Shown piece after piece: positions 26,611-36,365 of a DNA stretch of 61,465 bases. Numbering within the stretch: position 1 is the stretch's first letter; the number at the start of each line of letters is the position of its first letter. The notes beneath the pieces were generated by a model, which saw nothing but the letters and a program-made list of their open reading frames with translations, ran no database searches and was not told the origin of the DNA. The translations under genes and the position numbers were made by a program. Source of the stretch: an uncultured Aquificaceae bacterium (GTDB lineage Bacteria; Aquificota; Aquificia; Aquificales; Aquificaceae); contig CALIUI010000083.1 in the NCBI GenBank assembly GCA_938048815.1, positions 1-61,465 on the forward strand, read 5' to 3'.

Positions 26611-26653
26611 TCCCGCCTCCGCTACCAATAAAAAGGGATTCCTCACCCAGCGT
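26611..26653. repeat. Family A end fragment
   Basis: CGCTACCAATAAAAAGGGATTCCTCACCCAGCGT matches the A terminus. Confidence 0.7.
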
Positions 26654-26677
26654 ATGCTTAATGTTATAATAAAAACA

Positions 26678-27979
26678 ATGCCTATTGTCGCTTCTCTTAT
26701 CTTCCTTTTAACTCTTTTTCTTATTATAAAAAGACCCAAGAGCTTAGGTATAGGCTACAGCGCCACTTTGGGCGCCCTTTTGAGTATTCTCTTTGGTGTG
26801 GTTTCCTTTGAGGATGTTCTAAGGGTCATCTTCATAGTCTGGGATCCAACCCTTGCCTTTGTGGGCATTGTGTTTATTTCCATAATCCTTGATAAAGCGG
26901 GTTTTTTTGAGTGGTCCGCCTTGCATATGATGAAGCTTGCAAGGGGAGATGGGAAAAGACTTTTCTTATACATAATCCTTTTGGGAGCTTTGATATCCGC
27001 CTTTTTTGCCAACGACGGCTCTGCCCTGATCCTTACACCCATTATCTACCAAAAGATAAAGTATCTGGGATTAAAGGATAGAGATATGCTCCCTTACGTA
27101 ATGTCCGCTGGCTTTGTGGCGGACACTACAAGCCTTCCCTTGGTGATATCCAACTTGGTAAACATACTAACCGCCAACTTTTTCCAAATAGGCTTTTTTG
27201 AGTATGCCCTGCGTATGGTATTCGTAAATCTTTTCTCCCTGATGGCCACCATAACAGTCCTCTTTTTATACTTTAGAAAGGACCTTATAAAAAGCTATGA
27301 TACGGAAGCCTTGGAGGACAAACCACCAAAGCTTGCCATAAAAGATCCCCTTGTTTTTAAAAGCCTTTGGTTTGTGGCTCCCCTTGCACTTCTTGCCTTT
27401 GTGGTAAAGGAAACCCTTTATCCTGTTCCCACATCCTTCATCATAGCCCTTGCTGGCTTTATCATCTTTTTGGCATCTTTAAAGCACAGGGTTTTTAACC
27501 TACGAAGGCTTATAACAAAGGAAACTCCTTGGAACATTATCATCTTTTCTGTGGGTATGTATGTGGTAGTCTATGGGCTTAGGAATGCAGGGCTTACCCA
27601 CCATTTAGCCAAGCTTATGGAAACTGCTCTCCAAGCTGGGGAGTTTTTTGGGATTTTTGCCACAGGTTTTTTGGCAGCCTTTTTGTCCTCGGTGATGAAC
27701 AATATGCCCTCTGTGATGATTGTAAACCTTTCCATAGAGGAGATGGCCGTGTCTATGGAATTGAAAAAAATGCTTGCCTACGCCAACATAGTGGGTTGCG
27801 ACCTTGGACCAAAGATAACTCCCATAGGCTCTTTGGCTACCCTTCTGTGGCTTTATGTTTTGGAGCACAAGGGCATAAGGATCGGCTGGGGCTATTACTT
27901 TAAGACAGGTATAATTTTAACCTTGCCCACTTTGGCTTTTGCCCTTTTAGGTCTTTACTTGGTGTTGAAGCTTATCTAA
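26678..27979 (+). CDS. arsB: Arsenite efflux pump ArsB family
   Basis: LDKAGFFEW, FANDGSALILTP, DTTSLPLVISNLVN, MNNMP and GCDLGPKITPIGSLATLLW; start moved to MPIV. Confidence 0.92.
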   Translation: MPIVASLIFLLTLFLIIKRPKSLGIGYSATLGALLSILFGVVSFEDVLRVIFIVWDPTLAFVGIVFISIILDKAGFFEWSALHMMKLARGDGKRLFLYIILLGALISAFFANDGSALILTPIIYQKIKYLGLKDRDMLPYVMSAGFVADTTSLPLVISNLVNILTANFFQIGFFEYALRMVFVNLFSLMATITVLFLYFRKDLIKSYDTEALEDKPPKLAIKDPLVFKSLWFVAPLALLAFVVKETLYPVPTSFIIALAGFIIFLASLKHRVFNLRRLITKETPWNIIIFSVGMYVVVYGLRNAGLTHHLAKLMETALQAGEFFGIFATGFLAAFLSSVMNNMPSVMIVNLSIEEMAVSMELKKMLAYANIVGCDLGPKITPIGSLATLLWLYVLEHKGIRIGWGYYFKTGIILTLPTLAFALLGLYLVLKLI

Positions 27980-28023
27980 TTCAAACTTCCAAGCCATCCC
28001 CTGCGAAAGTTAATTAGAACCTC

Positions 28024-28051
28024 TTGACATTGATAAAAATCACGTTATATT
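28024..28051 (+). promoter_or_regulatory. Sigma70 promoter with an FNR/DNR-type box in the spacer
   Basis: TTGACA (28024-29), TTGAT-AAAA-ATCAC (28030-43), TATATT (28046-51). Confidence 0.6.
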
Positions 28052-28089
28052 AACTTTAAAGTAAAACACTTTTATAGGAGGTGCGTAGC

Positions 28090-29499
28090 ATGGATGTGCT
28101 CGGGTTTTACCCTATGTGGTACGTACCCACCATAGGCAGTGCCTCAGTCATAGCCATCATAGCCTCTATTCACGTCCTGGCTTCTCATACCTCTGTGGGT
28201 GCTTCCATATTGCTGGCATACCTTGCCACAAAAGCCTACAGGGAGAATCAGCCCCAGATCTACGATTACATCAAAAAGTACCTTCTGGTGCTTTTGGTCT
28301 TCTCCTATGTATCGGGCTCTATAACTGGTCCCGGTATATGGTTCTCCGCAACGGTGGCAAACCCAAGGGGCATATCGGCTCTGATCCATAACTTTGTTTG
28401 GGTCTGGGCTGCTGAATGGATATGGTTTGTAGCGGAAGTAACTCTGGTTTATATCCTCTTTTACACCCTTGGCAGAATAGACCAAAGAAGCTGGCTTAGG
28501 TTAGCTTGGATCTTTGCCATAGGTTCTTGGGCAACCATGTACATCATAGTGGGTATTCTTTCCTTCATGCTATCGCCCGGACACGAAAAGTGGTTTACCA
28601 CTGGAAACATCCTTGACGCCTTTTATAACAAAAACTACTTCCCCCACCTTTTGATGAGGTCTTCTTTTATGTTTGCCATAGCGGGCACCATAGGCATAGT
28701 TATAGCCAGCCTGATGAAAAAGGATGTATCTGAAAAGGTCTACAAGGATATTGTCAAAACCATGTCCTATTGGGGTATAGGTGGCTTACTCTTTGGCAGC
28801 ATGTTCTTTGCTTGGTATGTTTCTACTTTGCCAGAAAGAAGCCTTTTAATGCTTGCAGGTATTGTGCCAAAATGGTATTATGCTTTGATATTCACCATAC
28901 TGCTTGTCCTCTTGGCACACTTTGTACTTACTTCAATAAAGCCAACCATAGCAAAGCCATATATAGCTTATCCCATATACCTCCTAATCTTCTTCTTGGG
29001 CGTATATCCCGAGGAAAAGATAAGAGAAACCATCCGTAAGCCCTACGTGGCTGGTGAGTTTGTTTGGGTAAACCAGGTAGTCGCCAGAGATGTGCCTGCC
29101 AAGGGGATACAAAAGGAAGTGGATAAGATCAACGAAAAGGGCTTTTTGGCTGTGAATGCCTTTGTGCCAGAAGGTCTAAAAACCATCACACCGGAGAACA
29201 AAATAATGGCAGGAAAGGCAATAGCCGTACTCCAATGTTCTGGTTGCCACAATGTGACAGGAAAATCTGGACTAAGACCTTTTGCCCAAAAGTTTGATGG
29301 TATGACTACAGAAGATGCGGTTTATGGCTTCTTGTCTAACTACCTTACACCACAAGCTCACCCCGCATACATGCCCTACTTTGTAGGAAAGGACGAAGAA
29401 CTTAGGGCTTTGTCTGCCTACATTGCCGATATGGTTTCCAAAGGTGGTAGCGTTTCCGCCAAGATAGAAGTGCCTGGAGTAAGGGCAGCACAAAGATAA
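28090..29499 (+). CDS. Cytochrome bd subunit I (CydA)-like membrane protein with C-terminal cytochrome c
   Basis: HVLASH..VG, ITGPGIWF, AAEWIWFVAE, PHLLMR, RETIRKPY, CSGCH...YMP; SD GGAGGTG. Confidence 0.75.
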   Translation: MDVLGFYPMWYVPTIGSASVIAIIASIHVLASHTSVGASILLAYLATKAYRENQPQIYDYIKKYLLVLLVFSYVSGSITGPGIWFSATVANPRGISALIHNFVWVWAAEWIWFVAEVTLVYILFYTLGRIDQRSWLRLAWIFAIGSWATMYIIVGILSFMLSPGHEKWFTTGNILDAFYNKNYFPHLLMRSSFMFAIAGTIGIVIASLMKKDVSEKVYKDIVKTMSYWGIGGLLFGSMFFAWYVSTLPERSLLMLAGIVPKWYYALIFTILLVLLAHFVLTSIKPTIAKPYIAYPIYLLIFFLGVYPEEKIRETIRKPYVAGEFVWVNQVVARDVPAKGIQKEVDKINEKGFLAVNAFVPEGLKTITPENKIMAGKAIAVLQCSGCHNVTGKSGLRPFAQKFDGMTTEDAVYGFLSNYLTPQAHPAYMPYFVGKDEELRALSAYIADMVSKGGSVSAKIEVPGVRAAQR

Positions 29500-29512
29500 A
29501 GGAGGTGTTGGC

Positions 29513-30835
29513 ATGGCTACGGCTGTCTATCAGGACCTTTTAAGGTGGTTCCTTTTGGCGGTGTTTGGCTTTATGCTAATCGGTGGCAAGCTTGCCCTTG
29601 CGGCACAATCTCCAGAACAAGTGGGCGCCATGCTAAAGGTTATGAGAGATTCAGCTGGGTCTCCCTTCTTCCCTGTGGTAATGCAGATACTCCAAGTGCT
29701 TACATGGGCTCTTCACATACTCTTTGTTTGGACTTCTGTGGGTGGTCTTTTTTACGCCATATACGGCTTTACCCGTAAGGATGAGAATCACCAAAGGCTT
29801 GCCCGCGCAATGCTTGAATTATCAAAGGTTTCTGTATCCTTGGCAATAGTTATAGGGGTTGCTCCCCTTCTTTTCTATCAGGTCATCTACGACCCCCTTT
29901 GGTATTCTTCCGCAAACCTCTCCGGTTCTTGGTACATGATGTTTATAGTTTTCCTTCTTATAGGCTACTACCTTATATGGTTTGCCTACTTTAGCAAACA
30001 AAAGCCTCAAGTGGCAATGCTTTTCTCCGTAGGTGGTGTTATCTTTTTACTCCTTGTGGGCTTTATCATCCACGTGGTCAATTATCAATCCCTCTTTCCA
30101 GAGAAGTGGGTAGAATGGTACACCTCCGGCGGAACCACCATGAACCACAGCGGATGGGGTATATACGCCTTTAACATATTTAGGTTCCTTTCCCTCTTGG
30201 TGTTTCCTTCTATAGCAGTTGTGGGCGTTTTTATGATGCTTTATAGCTGGCATTTTGGTAAAAGGCCAGAGTTTAGCAAAGAGTATATAGACTTTTCCGC
30301 AAAACTTGGTGCCAAGCTTGCCCTTTATGGCGGTGCAGCTTGGATAGTTTTCCACATACTCTATATTCTAACTCTTCCCGCAGATTGGAACGCCAAAGGT
30401 AGCATTTTTACCCTACTTTCTGTGGTGGGCCTTCTCCTCTGTGCGGGTATCATCTTTATGGCTCAGAAAAACCCCATTGGAATGGCTATACCTTCCCTTT
30501 TTGGGGGAGTCCTTGCCACCTTGCTTATAGCGGTCTTTAGAGAATACCTAAGGGTGGCATCCACCGCAAGGTTTGGCTACTCCATATATGACTACAAGGT
30601 AAACCTTGAATGGCTCAGCCCACTTCTTTTCGTTGGTACCACTTTGGGCGGTCTTGTCCTTTATGCCTATGCATGGTGGATGGCTTTCCAAGCAGGAAGA
30701 ACACCCCAAGGACAAATCTATGAAGCTTCTGAGACAGAGCACCACCTTGGAGAACTTTCCGTTTTCTTGGTAGCCCTTTGGGCTGTGGTCTTTATAGGCA
30801 CTGGCCTTATAGTGATAGCTCGCAACTACTTATAA
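29513..30835 (+). CDS. CydA'-like integral membrane partner subunit
   Basis: LHILFV..SVGG, GVAPLLFYQVIY, FREYLR; co-transcribed with the upstream gene. Confidence 0.62.
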   Translation: MATAVYQDLLRWFLLAVFGFMLIGGKLALAAQSPEQVGAMLKVMRDSAGSPFFPVVMQILQVLTWALHILFVWTSVGGLFYAIYGFTRKDENHQRLARAMLELSKVSVSLAIVIGVAPLLFYQVIYDPLWYSSANLSGSWYMMFIVFLLIGYYLIWFAYFSKQKPQVAMLFSVGGVIFLLLVGFIIHVVNYQSLFPEKWVEWYTSGGTTMNHSGWGIYAFNIFRFLSLLVFPSIAVVGVFMMLYSWHFGKRPEFSKEYIDFSAKLGAKLALYGGAAWIVFHILYILTLPADWNAKGSIFTLLSVVGLLLCAGIIFMAQKNPIGMAIPSLFGGVLATLLIAVFREYLRVASTARFGYSIYDYKVNLEWLSPLLFVGTTLGGLVLYAYAWWMAFQAGRTPQGQIYEASETEHHLGELSVFLVALWAVVFIGTGLIVIARNYL

Positions 30836-30845
30836 AGTTTTTTTT

Positions 30846-30869
30846 GGGCGGGCTTGCCCGCCCTTTTTT
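30846..30869. terminator. Intrinsic terminator
   Basis: GGGCGGGC-tt-GCCCGCCC followed by TTTTTT. Confidence 0.85.
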
Positions 30870-30898
30870 ATAATATTTTACCAATGAAAGTGGATCCC

Positions 30899-30945
30899 TG
30901 AGCCGTTCGTGAAGCGCCTCTATAGGGGAATTTCTACCTCAGCGT
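30899..30945. repeat. Family A degenerate end
   Basis: GCCGTTCGTGAAGCGCCTCTA...ATTTCTACCTCAGCGT. Confidence 0.55.
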
Positions 30946-30966
30946 TTTGAGAAGTATAATATAACC

Positions 30967-31794
30967 ATGAAAGTCTTCCTGCTTATGGTTCTTCTTCTTA
31001 TAGACTTGGCTTCTGCGAAAGTGGTGGCACGCATAGATAAGGAAGTCATAACCTCCGAGGAGGTAAAGCAGGCTTTTGAGGCTTATTGGATAGAGATCCT
31101 TCATCTTCCTATAGCAAGGGCTGCCCATAGGGACCTTCAAGAGTTTTTGGTGGAGTATGTAAGAAGCAAGATAATAAACATGGAAGCAAAAAATATGGGT
31201 ATTTACATATCTGACAGGGAGTTTTGGGAGTATGTGGAAAGGAACATAGGAAGTAAAAGACTTAGCCCAATAGCTAAGCACTTTATCTACACGGAGATGC
31301 TTAGCCAGAAGATCATTGATAAAATATCAGGGGCTATGGATATAAAGGAGGGCCAGATCACCGCCTACTACTATCTAAACCTTAGGGATTTTAAGCTTCC
31401 CGCTCAAGTTCTCCTTGAAAGGTATTCGGTGGAAGATATAAATAAAGCTAATGAAGTATACTATAATCTGCTTAACGGCAGGCCTGTTAGAGAAGAGAAG
31501 GGAATAAAGATAGGACAGCCTATGTGGTACTCTATTCAAACTCTTCCGGAAGTTGTAAGAAGACAGCTATATCCCTATGACAAAAACAAAACCACAAAGC
31601 CCATAGAAGTAGGTGGTGCCTATGTTATCTTTAGAGTTGCTGACAAGAGGGGTGGTGGTATAATGCCCCTTGAGGAGGCAAAGCCCATAGTGAGAGAAAA
31701 ACTTCTTAGAGAAAAAAGGCAGGAGGTTTTCCAAAGATGGTTTCAGGAAGCTTTAAAAAGATACTCGGTGGAGTTTTACTTTGGACAGCTCTAA
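30967..31794 (+). CDS. SurA/PrsA-like periplasmic chaperone (parvulin-type)
   Basis: Signal peptide, VVARIDKEVIT, PLEEAKPIVREKL. Confidence 0.75.
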   Translation: MKVFLLMVLLLIDLASAKVVARIDKEVITSEEVKQAFEAYWIEILHLPIARAAHRDLQEFLVEYVRSKIINMEAKNMGIYISDREFWEYVERNIGSKRLSPIAKHFIYTEMLSQKIIDKISGAMDIKEGQITAYYYLNLRDFKLPAQVLLERYSVEDINKANEVYYNLLNGRPVREEKGIKIGQPMWYSIQTLPEVVRRQLYPYDKNKTTKPIEVGGAYVIFRVADKRGGGIMPLEEAKPIVREKLLREKRQEVFQRWFQEALKRYSVEFYFGQL

Positions 31795-32579
31795 GCTTTT
31801 CCGCCCTTTTGGTGGATAAGGTTGTGGCTTCTGTAAATTCGGAGCCCATACTGGAAAGTGATGTGAAGATGGGTATGCTTTTTTATAGTATAACTTCAAG
31901 GGAAAAGGTGATTGAAAAACTTGTGGAGGATATGCTTATATACCAATTCCTTTTGGGGAAGGGGCTGCAGGTAAACCAGGAGGTTATAGACCAAGCCCTT
32001 CAGAATATAGCTATGGCAAACAGCTTGACCCTTGAGGGCTTTGCAAAGGAGCTTGCAAAGGAAAACCTTACCCTTGAAGACCTAAGGAGGTTTTTAGAAA
32101 GAGAAATCGTGGCAACCAGCGGATTGCAGGTCTATCTTGAAAGGGAAGTAAAGATCTCAGAAAGGGAGTTAGAGCTTGAGGGGCTAAAGAGGGGAGAAGC
32201 AAAAAGGGTAAGGGATATAGAGCTCTTGGTTGTGGATAAAAAGGATGAGAAAAAGCTTCAAGAGGTTTTTGACCCTAAAAAGAACTTGGAAGACATAGCC
32301 AAGGCTTTGGAAATTTCCGTAGAAAGGCTTAGGGTGAGTAAAGGAGAACTGGTGGAGGTGTTGGATAAAGAAGTTTGGCAAGCACCCGTAGGGCAGATTG
32401 CAATAGCAGAAGATAAAGACTATATATACATAGCAAAGGTTTTGTCAGAAGGGGAAGTTTTTCAAGGGAAAAGTATAGAAGAGTTAAAGGAAGAGCTTCT
32501 GTTAAAAAAGATGGAACAGAAGAAAGAGGAGCTTTTGGCAAGATTAAGAAGAAACAGTTATATAAAGATATTGCAATAG
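31737..32579 (+). CDS. SurA N-terminal domain chaperone
   Basis: VDKVVASVNSEPILESD; C-terminal LRRNSYIKIL. Confidence 0.75.
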   Translation: MVSGSFKKILGGVLLWTALSFSALLVDKVVASVNSEPILESDVKMGMLFYSITSREKVIEKLVEDMLIYQFLLGKGLQVNQEVIDQALQNIAMANSLTLEGFAKELAKENLTLEDLRRFLEREIVATSGLQVYLEREVKISERELELEGLKRGEAKRVRDIELLVVDKKDEKKLQEVFDPKKNLEDIAKALEISVERLRVSKGELVEVLDKEVWQAPVGQIAIAEDKDYIYIAKVLSEGEVFQGKSIEELKEELLLKKMEQKKEELLARLRRNSYIKILQ

Positions 32580-33338
32580 TTCCTTTAAACTGTGGAAAAC
32601 CAGATGGGGAGCGAAGTTGGATTTTTTTAGTTCTTCTTGGTTGTATTTCCCCGTTGTCATAAAGACTGTTTTTATCCCCAAATCTTTTGTACCCATGAGG
32701 TCCGTGTAGATATCGTCGCTTACAAGGTAAATATCTTTACCCTTTAAACCCCTTAGGGCATATTCCATGAAATCCCTTGAAGGCTTGCCAAGGTTGGGCA
32801 AATCCTCTTTATAGTTGCAAGCGTGAGCTATGGCTTTGGCTATAGAACCTGCCCCAGGAAAGTATAATCCATCATCGTCCTTTACTATCCTGCTTAGGTT
32901 AATGGGAATTATCTTGGCACCACCCAAGAAGACTGCAGAGGTAGCCAATTTTAGCTTTTTGAAATCTAAGCCCCTATCTTGTCCTATCACAAGGGCATCT
33001 ACCTTATAGTCTTGTATAACTTCAAAGCCCATCTCTTTTAGATACTCCTCCACTGGGGGCATACCCAAAAAGAGTATCCTTTTTATTCCCTTTTCTTTGA
33101 GATAGTCTCCTAAAAGGGAAAGGGGAGATATAAACTCTTCCTCTTTGAGTTCAATACCCTTTTCCTTTAACTCCTTCAGTATAGTTTTAGGTGGTTTTGT
33201 GGAGTTGTTGGAAACAACACGGAAGGGAATTTTAAGTTCCCTTATGCCCTTTAAAAATTCTATGGTATCGGGAAAAGGGTTTAGTGCCTTGTCCTTTACC
33301 AAGACTCCGTCAAGGTCAAGAAGGAGGGAAGCGCTCAT
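32544..33338 (-). CDS. HAD-IIA family hydrolase (NagD-like)
   Basis: DLDGVL, SNNS, GKPS and DDIYTD motifs. Confidence 0.92.
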   Translation of the reverse strand: MSASLLLDLDGVLVKDKALNPFPDTIEFLKGIRELKIPFRVVSNNSTKPPKTILKELKEKGIELKEEEFISPLSLLGDYLKEKGIKRILFLGMPPVEEYLKEMGFEVIQDYKVDALVIGQDRGLDFKKLKLATSAVFLGGAKIIPINLSRIVKDDDGLYFPGAGSIAKAIAHACNYKEDLPNLGKPSRDFMEYALRGLKGKDIYLVSDDIYTDLMGTKDLGIKTVFMTTGKYNQEELKKSNFAPHLVFHSLKELLQYLYITVSS

Positions 33339-33359
33339 GTTTTAAATTATACAAAGCTT

Positions 33360-33509
33360 ACGTTGGGTAAAAAAATTATTCTTCGTAGGGGCGGTTCATC
33401 TAACGCCGTAAAAATTCAAGATTCTGGTGGCTCAGGCTTCCAGCCTGTTTTTTATCGCAGGCAGAGATGCCTGCGCTACTGGTAAAAAGTAAGATTTCTC
33501 ACCCAACAT
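33360..33509. repeat. Family A MITE, complete 150 bp, three GTAG/GTGG-REP hairpins
   Basis: TIRs ACGTTGGGTAAAAAAAT / ATTTCTCACCCAACAT; GTAGGGGCGGTTCA, CAGGCT-tcc-AGCCTG and CGCAGGCA-gaga-TGCCTGCG-CTAC. Confidence 0.85.
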
Positions 33510-33599
33510 GTCGTTTTAATATTATATAAAGCTTATACGCCCGATTGCCCCGCTAAGGAAATCACCATCCAGTGTATTCCTTAACTATAATAATATCAC

Positions 33600-36341
33600 A
33601 TGCGAAACTATGCAGAGACCTTGAACCTACCCAAAACAGACTTTCCTATGAAGGCAAACCTTCCCGAAAGGGAGCCCCAAATTCTAAAAAAATGGCAGGG
33701 GCTTTACAAGAAGCTAAGGCAGATAAATAAAGGAAAAAGGCTTTACCTTTTGCACGATGGACCACCCTATGCCAACGGACATATACATATAGGCCACGCC
33801 TTAAATAAGGTGTTAAAAGACGTGATCGTAAAATATAAGCTACTTTCGGGTTACGATGTAGAGTTTGTGCCCGGATGGGATTGTCATGGATTGCCCATAG
33901 AACAGCAGGTAGAAAAGGAGCTAAAGGAAAAGAAAAAATCAAAAGAGGAAATAGGTAAGTTAGCCTTTAGAAAGCTTTGTAGGGAATACGCCCAAAGGTT
34001 TGTTGAAATTCAAAGGGAAGAGTTTATACGCCTTGGAGTAATTGCAGATTGGGAAAACCCTTACATTACCATGGACCCTAAATATCAAGCTCAGGAAATA
34101 AGAGAGCTTGGAAGGATTTTTGAAAGAGGGTATGTGATAAAGAGCAAAAAACCCGTATATTGGTGCATATACGATAAAACAGCAGAGGCAGAGGCAGAGG
34201 TAGAATACTACGAAAAGGAAGACCCAAGTATATACGTAAAATTCCCCGTAAAGGGGCAAGAGAATACTTACCTGCTTATATGGACTACCACGCCATGGAC
34301 TTTGCCCACAAACCTTGGAGTGATGGTGGGAGAAGAATACGACTACGTATTCTTTAAAACAGAGAAGGAAATATACCTTTTTGCAAAGGAACTTCTTGAA
34401 AGCCTAAGGGCTTCCGTAGGTCTTGAAGGTGAGATCATAAAAGAGGTAAAGGGTGCGGACCTTGTGGGCATGGAATACTACTCCCCTTACTTAGGCAGAA
34501 TAAACAAGGTTTATGCCTCGGAGTTTGTGGAACTCTCCACCGGTACTGGGCTGGTGCATATGGCGCCGGGACATGGTAGAGAAGACTACTTAGTAGGCTT
34601 AAGGTATGGGCTTGAAGCCTTTGCTCCCGTAGATGATGAAGGGCGCTTTACAGAAGAAGCTCCCCAATTTATAAAAGGTAAAAGAGTCTTTGAGGCCAAT
34701 CCCCTTATAATAGAAGATCTAAGGCAAAGGGGTCTTTTGCTCCATGAAGGCAAGATAAAACATTCTTATCCCCACTGTTGGAGATGTAAAAATCCTGTGA
34801 TCTTTAGGGCTACGCCTCAATGGTTCATAACCATGAAGTACCTTAGGGAAAAGTGTTTAGAAGAGATAGAAAAGGTGGAATGGATCCCCCCCTATGGTAA
34901 AAACCGTATAAGGTCTATGGTGGAAAACAGGCCCGATTGGTGTATATCAAGGCAAAGGTATTGGGGAGTGCCTATCACTGTCTTTTATTGTAAAGGCTGT
35001 GGATATACGCCGGTAGATAGATCCATTTTTGAGAGGATAGCCCACATGGTGGAAAACTCCCAAGAGGGTGCAGATATATGGTTTGAAAAGGATGTGAAGG
35101 AGTTGCTACCAGAGGGCTTTGCATGTCCCAAGTGTGGCTCAAAGGAGTTTGTAAAGGAGGAGGACATCCTTGATGTTTGGTTTGATTCTGGCGCTTCCCA
35201 TGCCTTTGTGTTTAGAAAAAGGTCAATAGAAAAGGCAGACCTTTACCTTGAGGGATCAGACCAACATAGAGGTTGGTTCCAAGCATCCCTTTTGGAATCG
35301 GTGGCAAGCTATGGAGAAGCTCCCTACAAGGCGGTACTGACCCATGGCTTTACCGTGGATGAGAAGGGAAGGAAGATGTCTAAGTCTTTGGGTAATGTGG
35401 TATCTCCTCAGGAGATCATAAAGGACCATGGTGCGGATATACTTAGGCTTTGGGTGGTTTCCGAAGATTACACAGAGGATGTAAGGCTTGGAAAAGGCAT
35501 AATCCAAAGGCTCGTGGAGGACTACAAAAAGATAAGGAACACCATAAGGTTTCTCCTCGGAAACTTATACGATTACACGCCAGAGAAGGCAATACCCTAC
35601 GAAAGCTTACATCCCTTTGACCGTTGGATGCTATCCTATCTTCAAAACATCCTAAGAGAGGTGCATCAACATTACCAAAGCTATGCTTTTCACAGGGTGT
35701 ACCATCTTATCAGAAACTTTTGCTCTGTGGAGCTTTCCAGTATATACCTTGACGTTCTAAAGGACAGGCTTTATATCTATGGAGAAGATAGCTGGGAAAG
35801 AAGGTCTGCCCAAAGGGTGCTTTATAGCCTTGCCCAAGCCCTTATAACCTCCATAGCACCCTTTTTGAGCTTCACCGCAGAGGAAGCTTGGGAACATCTT
35901 CGTAAGATAGATCTTAGCCTTCCAGAAAGCGTTTTTATGTTCTCTATACCATCCCCAAGGGAAGAGCTAATAGACCAAGAGCTTTTAAAGGATTATGAAT
36001 ACCTTTTGGATCTAAGGAAAGAGGTAATGTTAGCCATAGAATCCGCAAGAAGGGACAAGGCTATAAACCATCCCTATGAAGCAAAGGTATATCTGTGGGG
36101 GGATGGATTGGAAATAGCTCAAAAACACAAAGACTATCTTAAGTACCTTTTCACCGTAAGCTTTGTCGTCTTTTCGGAGGGCGGAGATTACAAAATACAA
36201 GGAGAGTCTTTAAAGAATGTATGGGTGGGAGTTTCAAAGGCAGAGGGTAAAAAGTGCCCAAGATGTTGGTTATACTATCCAGAGGAAGAGTTTGAGGGAG
36301 AAATATGTAAAAGGTGTGCAAAGGTGCTGCAAGGGATATAA
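33600..36341 (+). CDS. ileS: Isoleucine--tRNA ligase
   Basis: [43 protein letters not shown]-terminal zinc finger. Confidence 0.98.
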   Translation: MRNYAETLNLPKTDFPMKANLPEREPQILKKWQGLYKKLRQINKGKRLYLLHDGPPYANGHIHIGHALNKVLKDVIVKYKLLSGYDVEFVPGWDCHGLPIEQQVEKELKEKKKSKEEIGKLAFRKLCREYAQRFVEIQREEFIRLGVIADWENPYITMDPKYQAQEIRELGRIFERGYVIKSKKPVYWCIYDKTAEAEAEVEYYEKEDPSIYVKFPVKGQENTYLLIWTTTPWTLPTNLGVMVGEEYDYVFFKTEKEIYLFAKELLESLRASVGLEGEIIKEVKGADLVGMEYYSPYLGRINKVYASEFVELSTGTGLVHMAPGHGREDYLVGLRYGLEAFAPVDDEGRFTEEAPQFIKGKRVFEANPLIIEDLRQRGLLLHEGKIKHSYPHCWRCKNPVIFRATPQWFITMKYLREKCLEEIEKVEWIPPYGKNRIRSMVENRPDWCISRQRYWGVPITVFYCKGCGYTPVDRSIFERIAHMVENSQEGADIWFEKDVKELLPEGFACPKCGSKEFVKEEDILDVWFDSGASHAFVFRKRSIEKADLYLEGSDQHRGWFQASLLESVASYGEAPYKAVLTHGFTVDEKGRKMSKSLGNVVSPQEIIKDHGADILRLWVVSEDYTEDVRLGKGIIQRLVEDYKKIRNTIRFLLGNLYDYTPEKAIPYESLHPFDRWMLSYLQNILREVHQHYQSYAFHRVYHLIRNFCSVELSSIYLDVLKDRLYIYGEDSWERRSAQRVLYSLAQALITSIAPFLSFTAEEAWEHLRKIDLSLPESVFMFSIPSPREELIDQELLKDYEYLLDLRKEVMLAIESARRDKAINHPYEAKVYLWGDGLEIAQKHKDYLKYLFTVSFVVFSEGGDYKIQGESLKNVWVGVSKAEGKKCPRCWLYYPEEEFEGEICKRCAKVLQGI

Positions 36342-36365
36342 ATTTATTCTTTTGGAGGTGTTAAA

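Noticed and set aside
26501-26677. N-terminal extensions in the ORF track for arsB (also tpiA, radA, aroE, iscU, GT2, P460-like, aminotransferase)
   Set aside because: The extensions run through repeats or neighbouring genes; downstream ATGs fit family N-termini and the -10/SD positions.
33340-33599. T-box riboswitch upstream of ileS
   Set aside because: The structured sequence is a family A MITE; there is no T-box motif and TATAAT lies right before the ATG.
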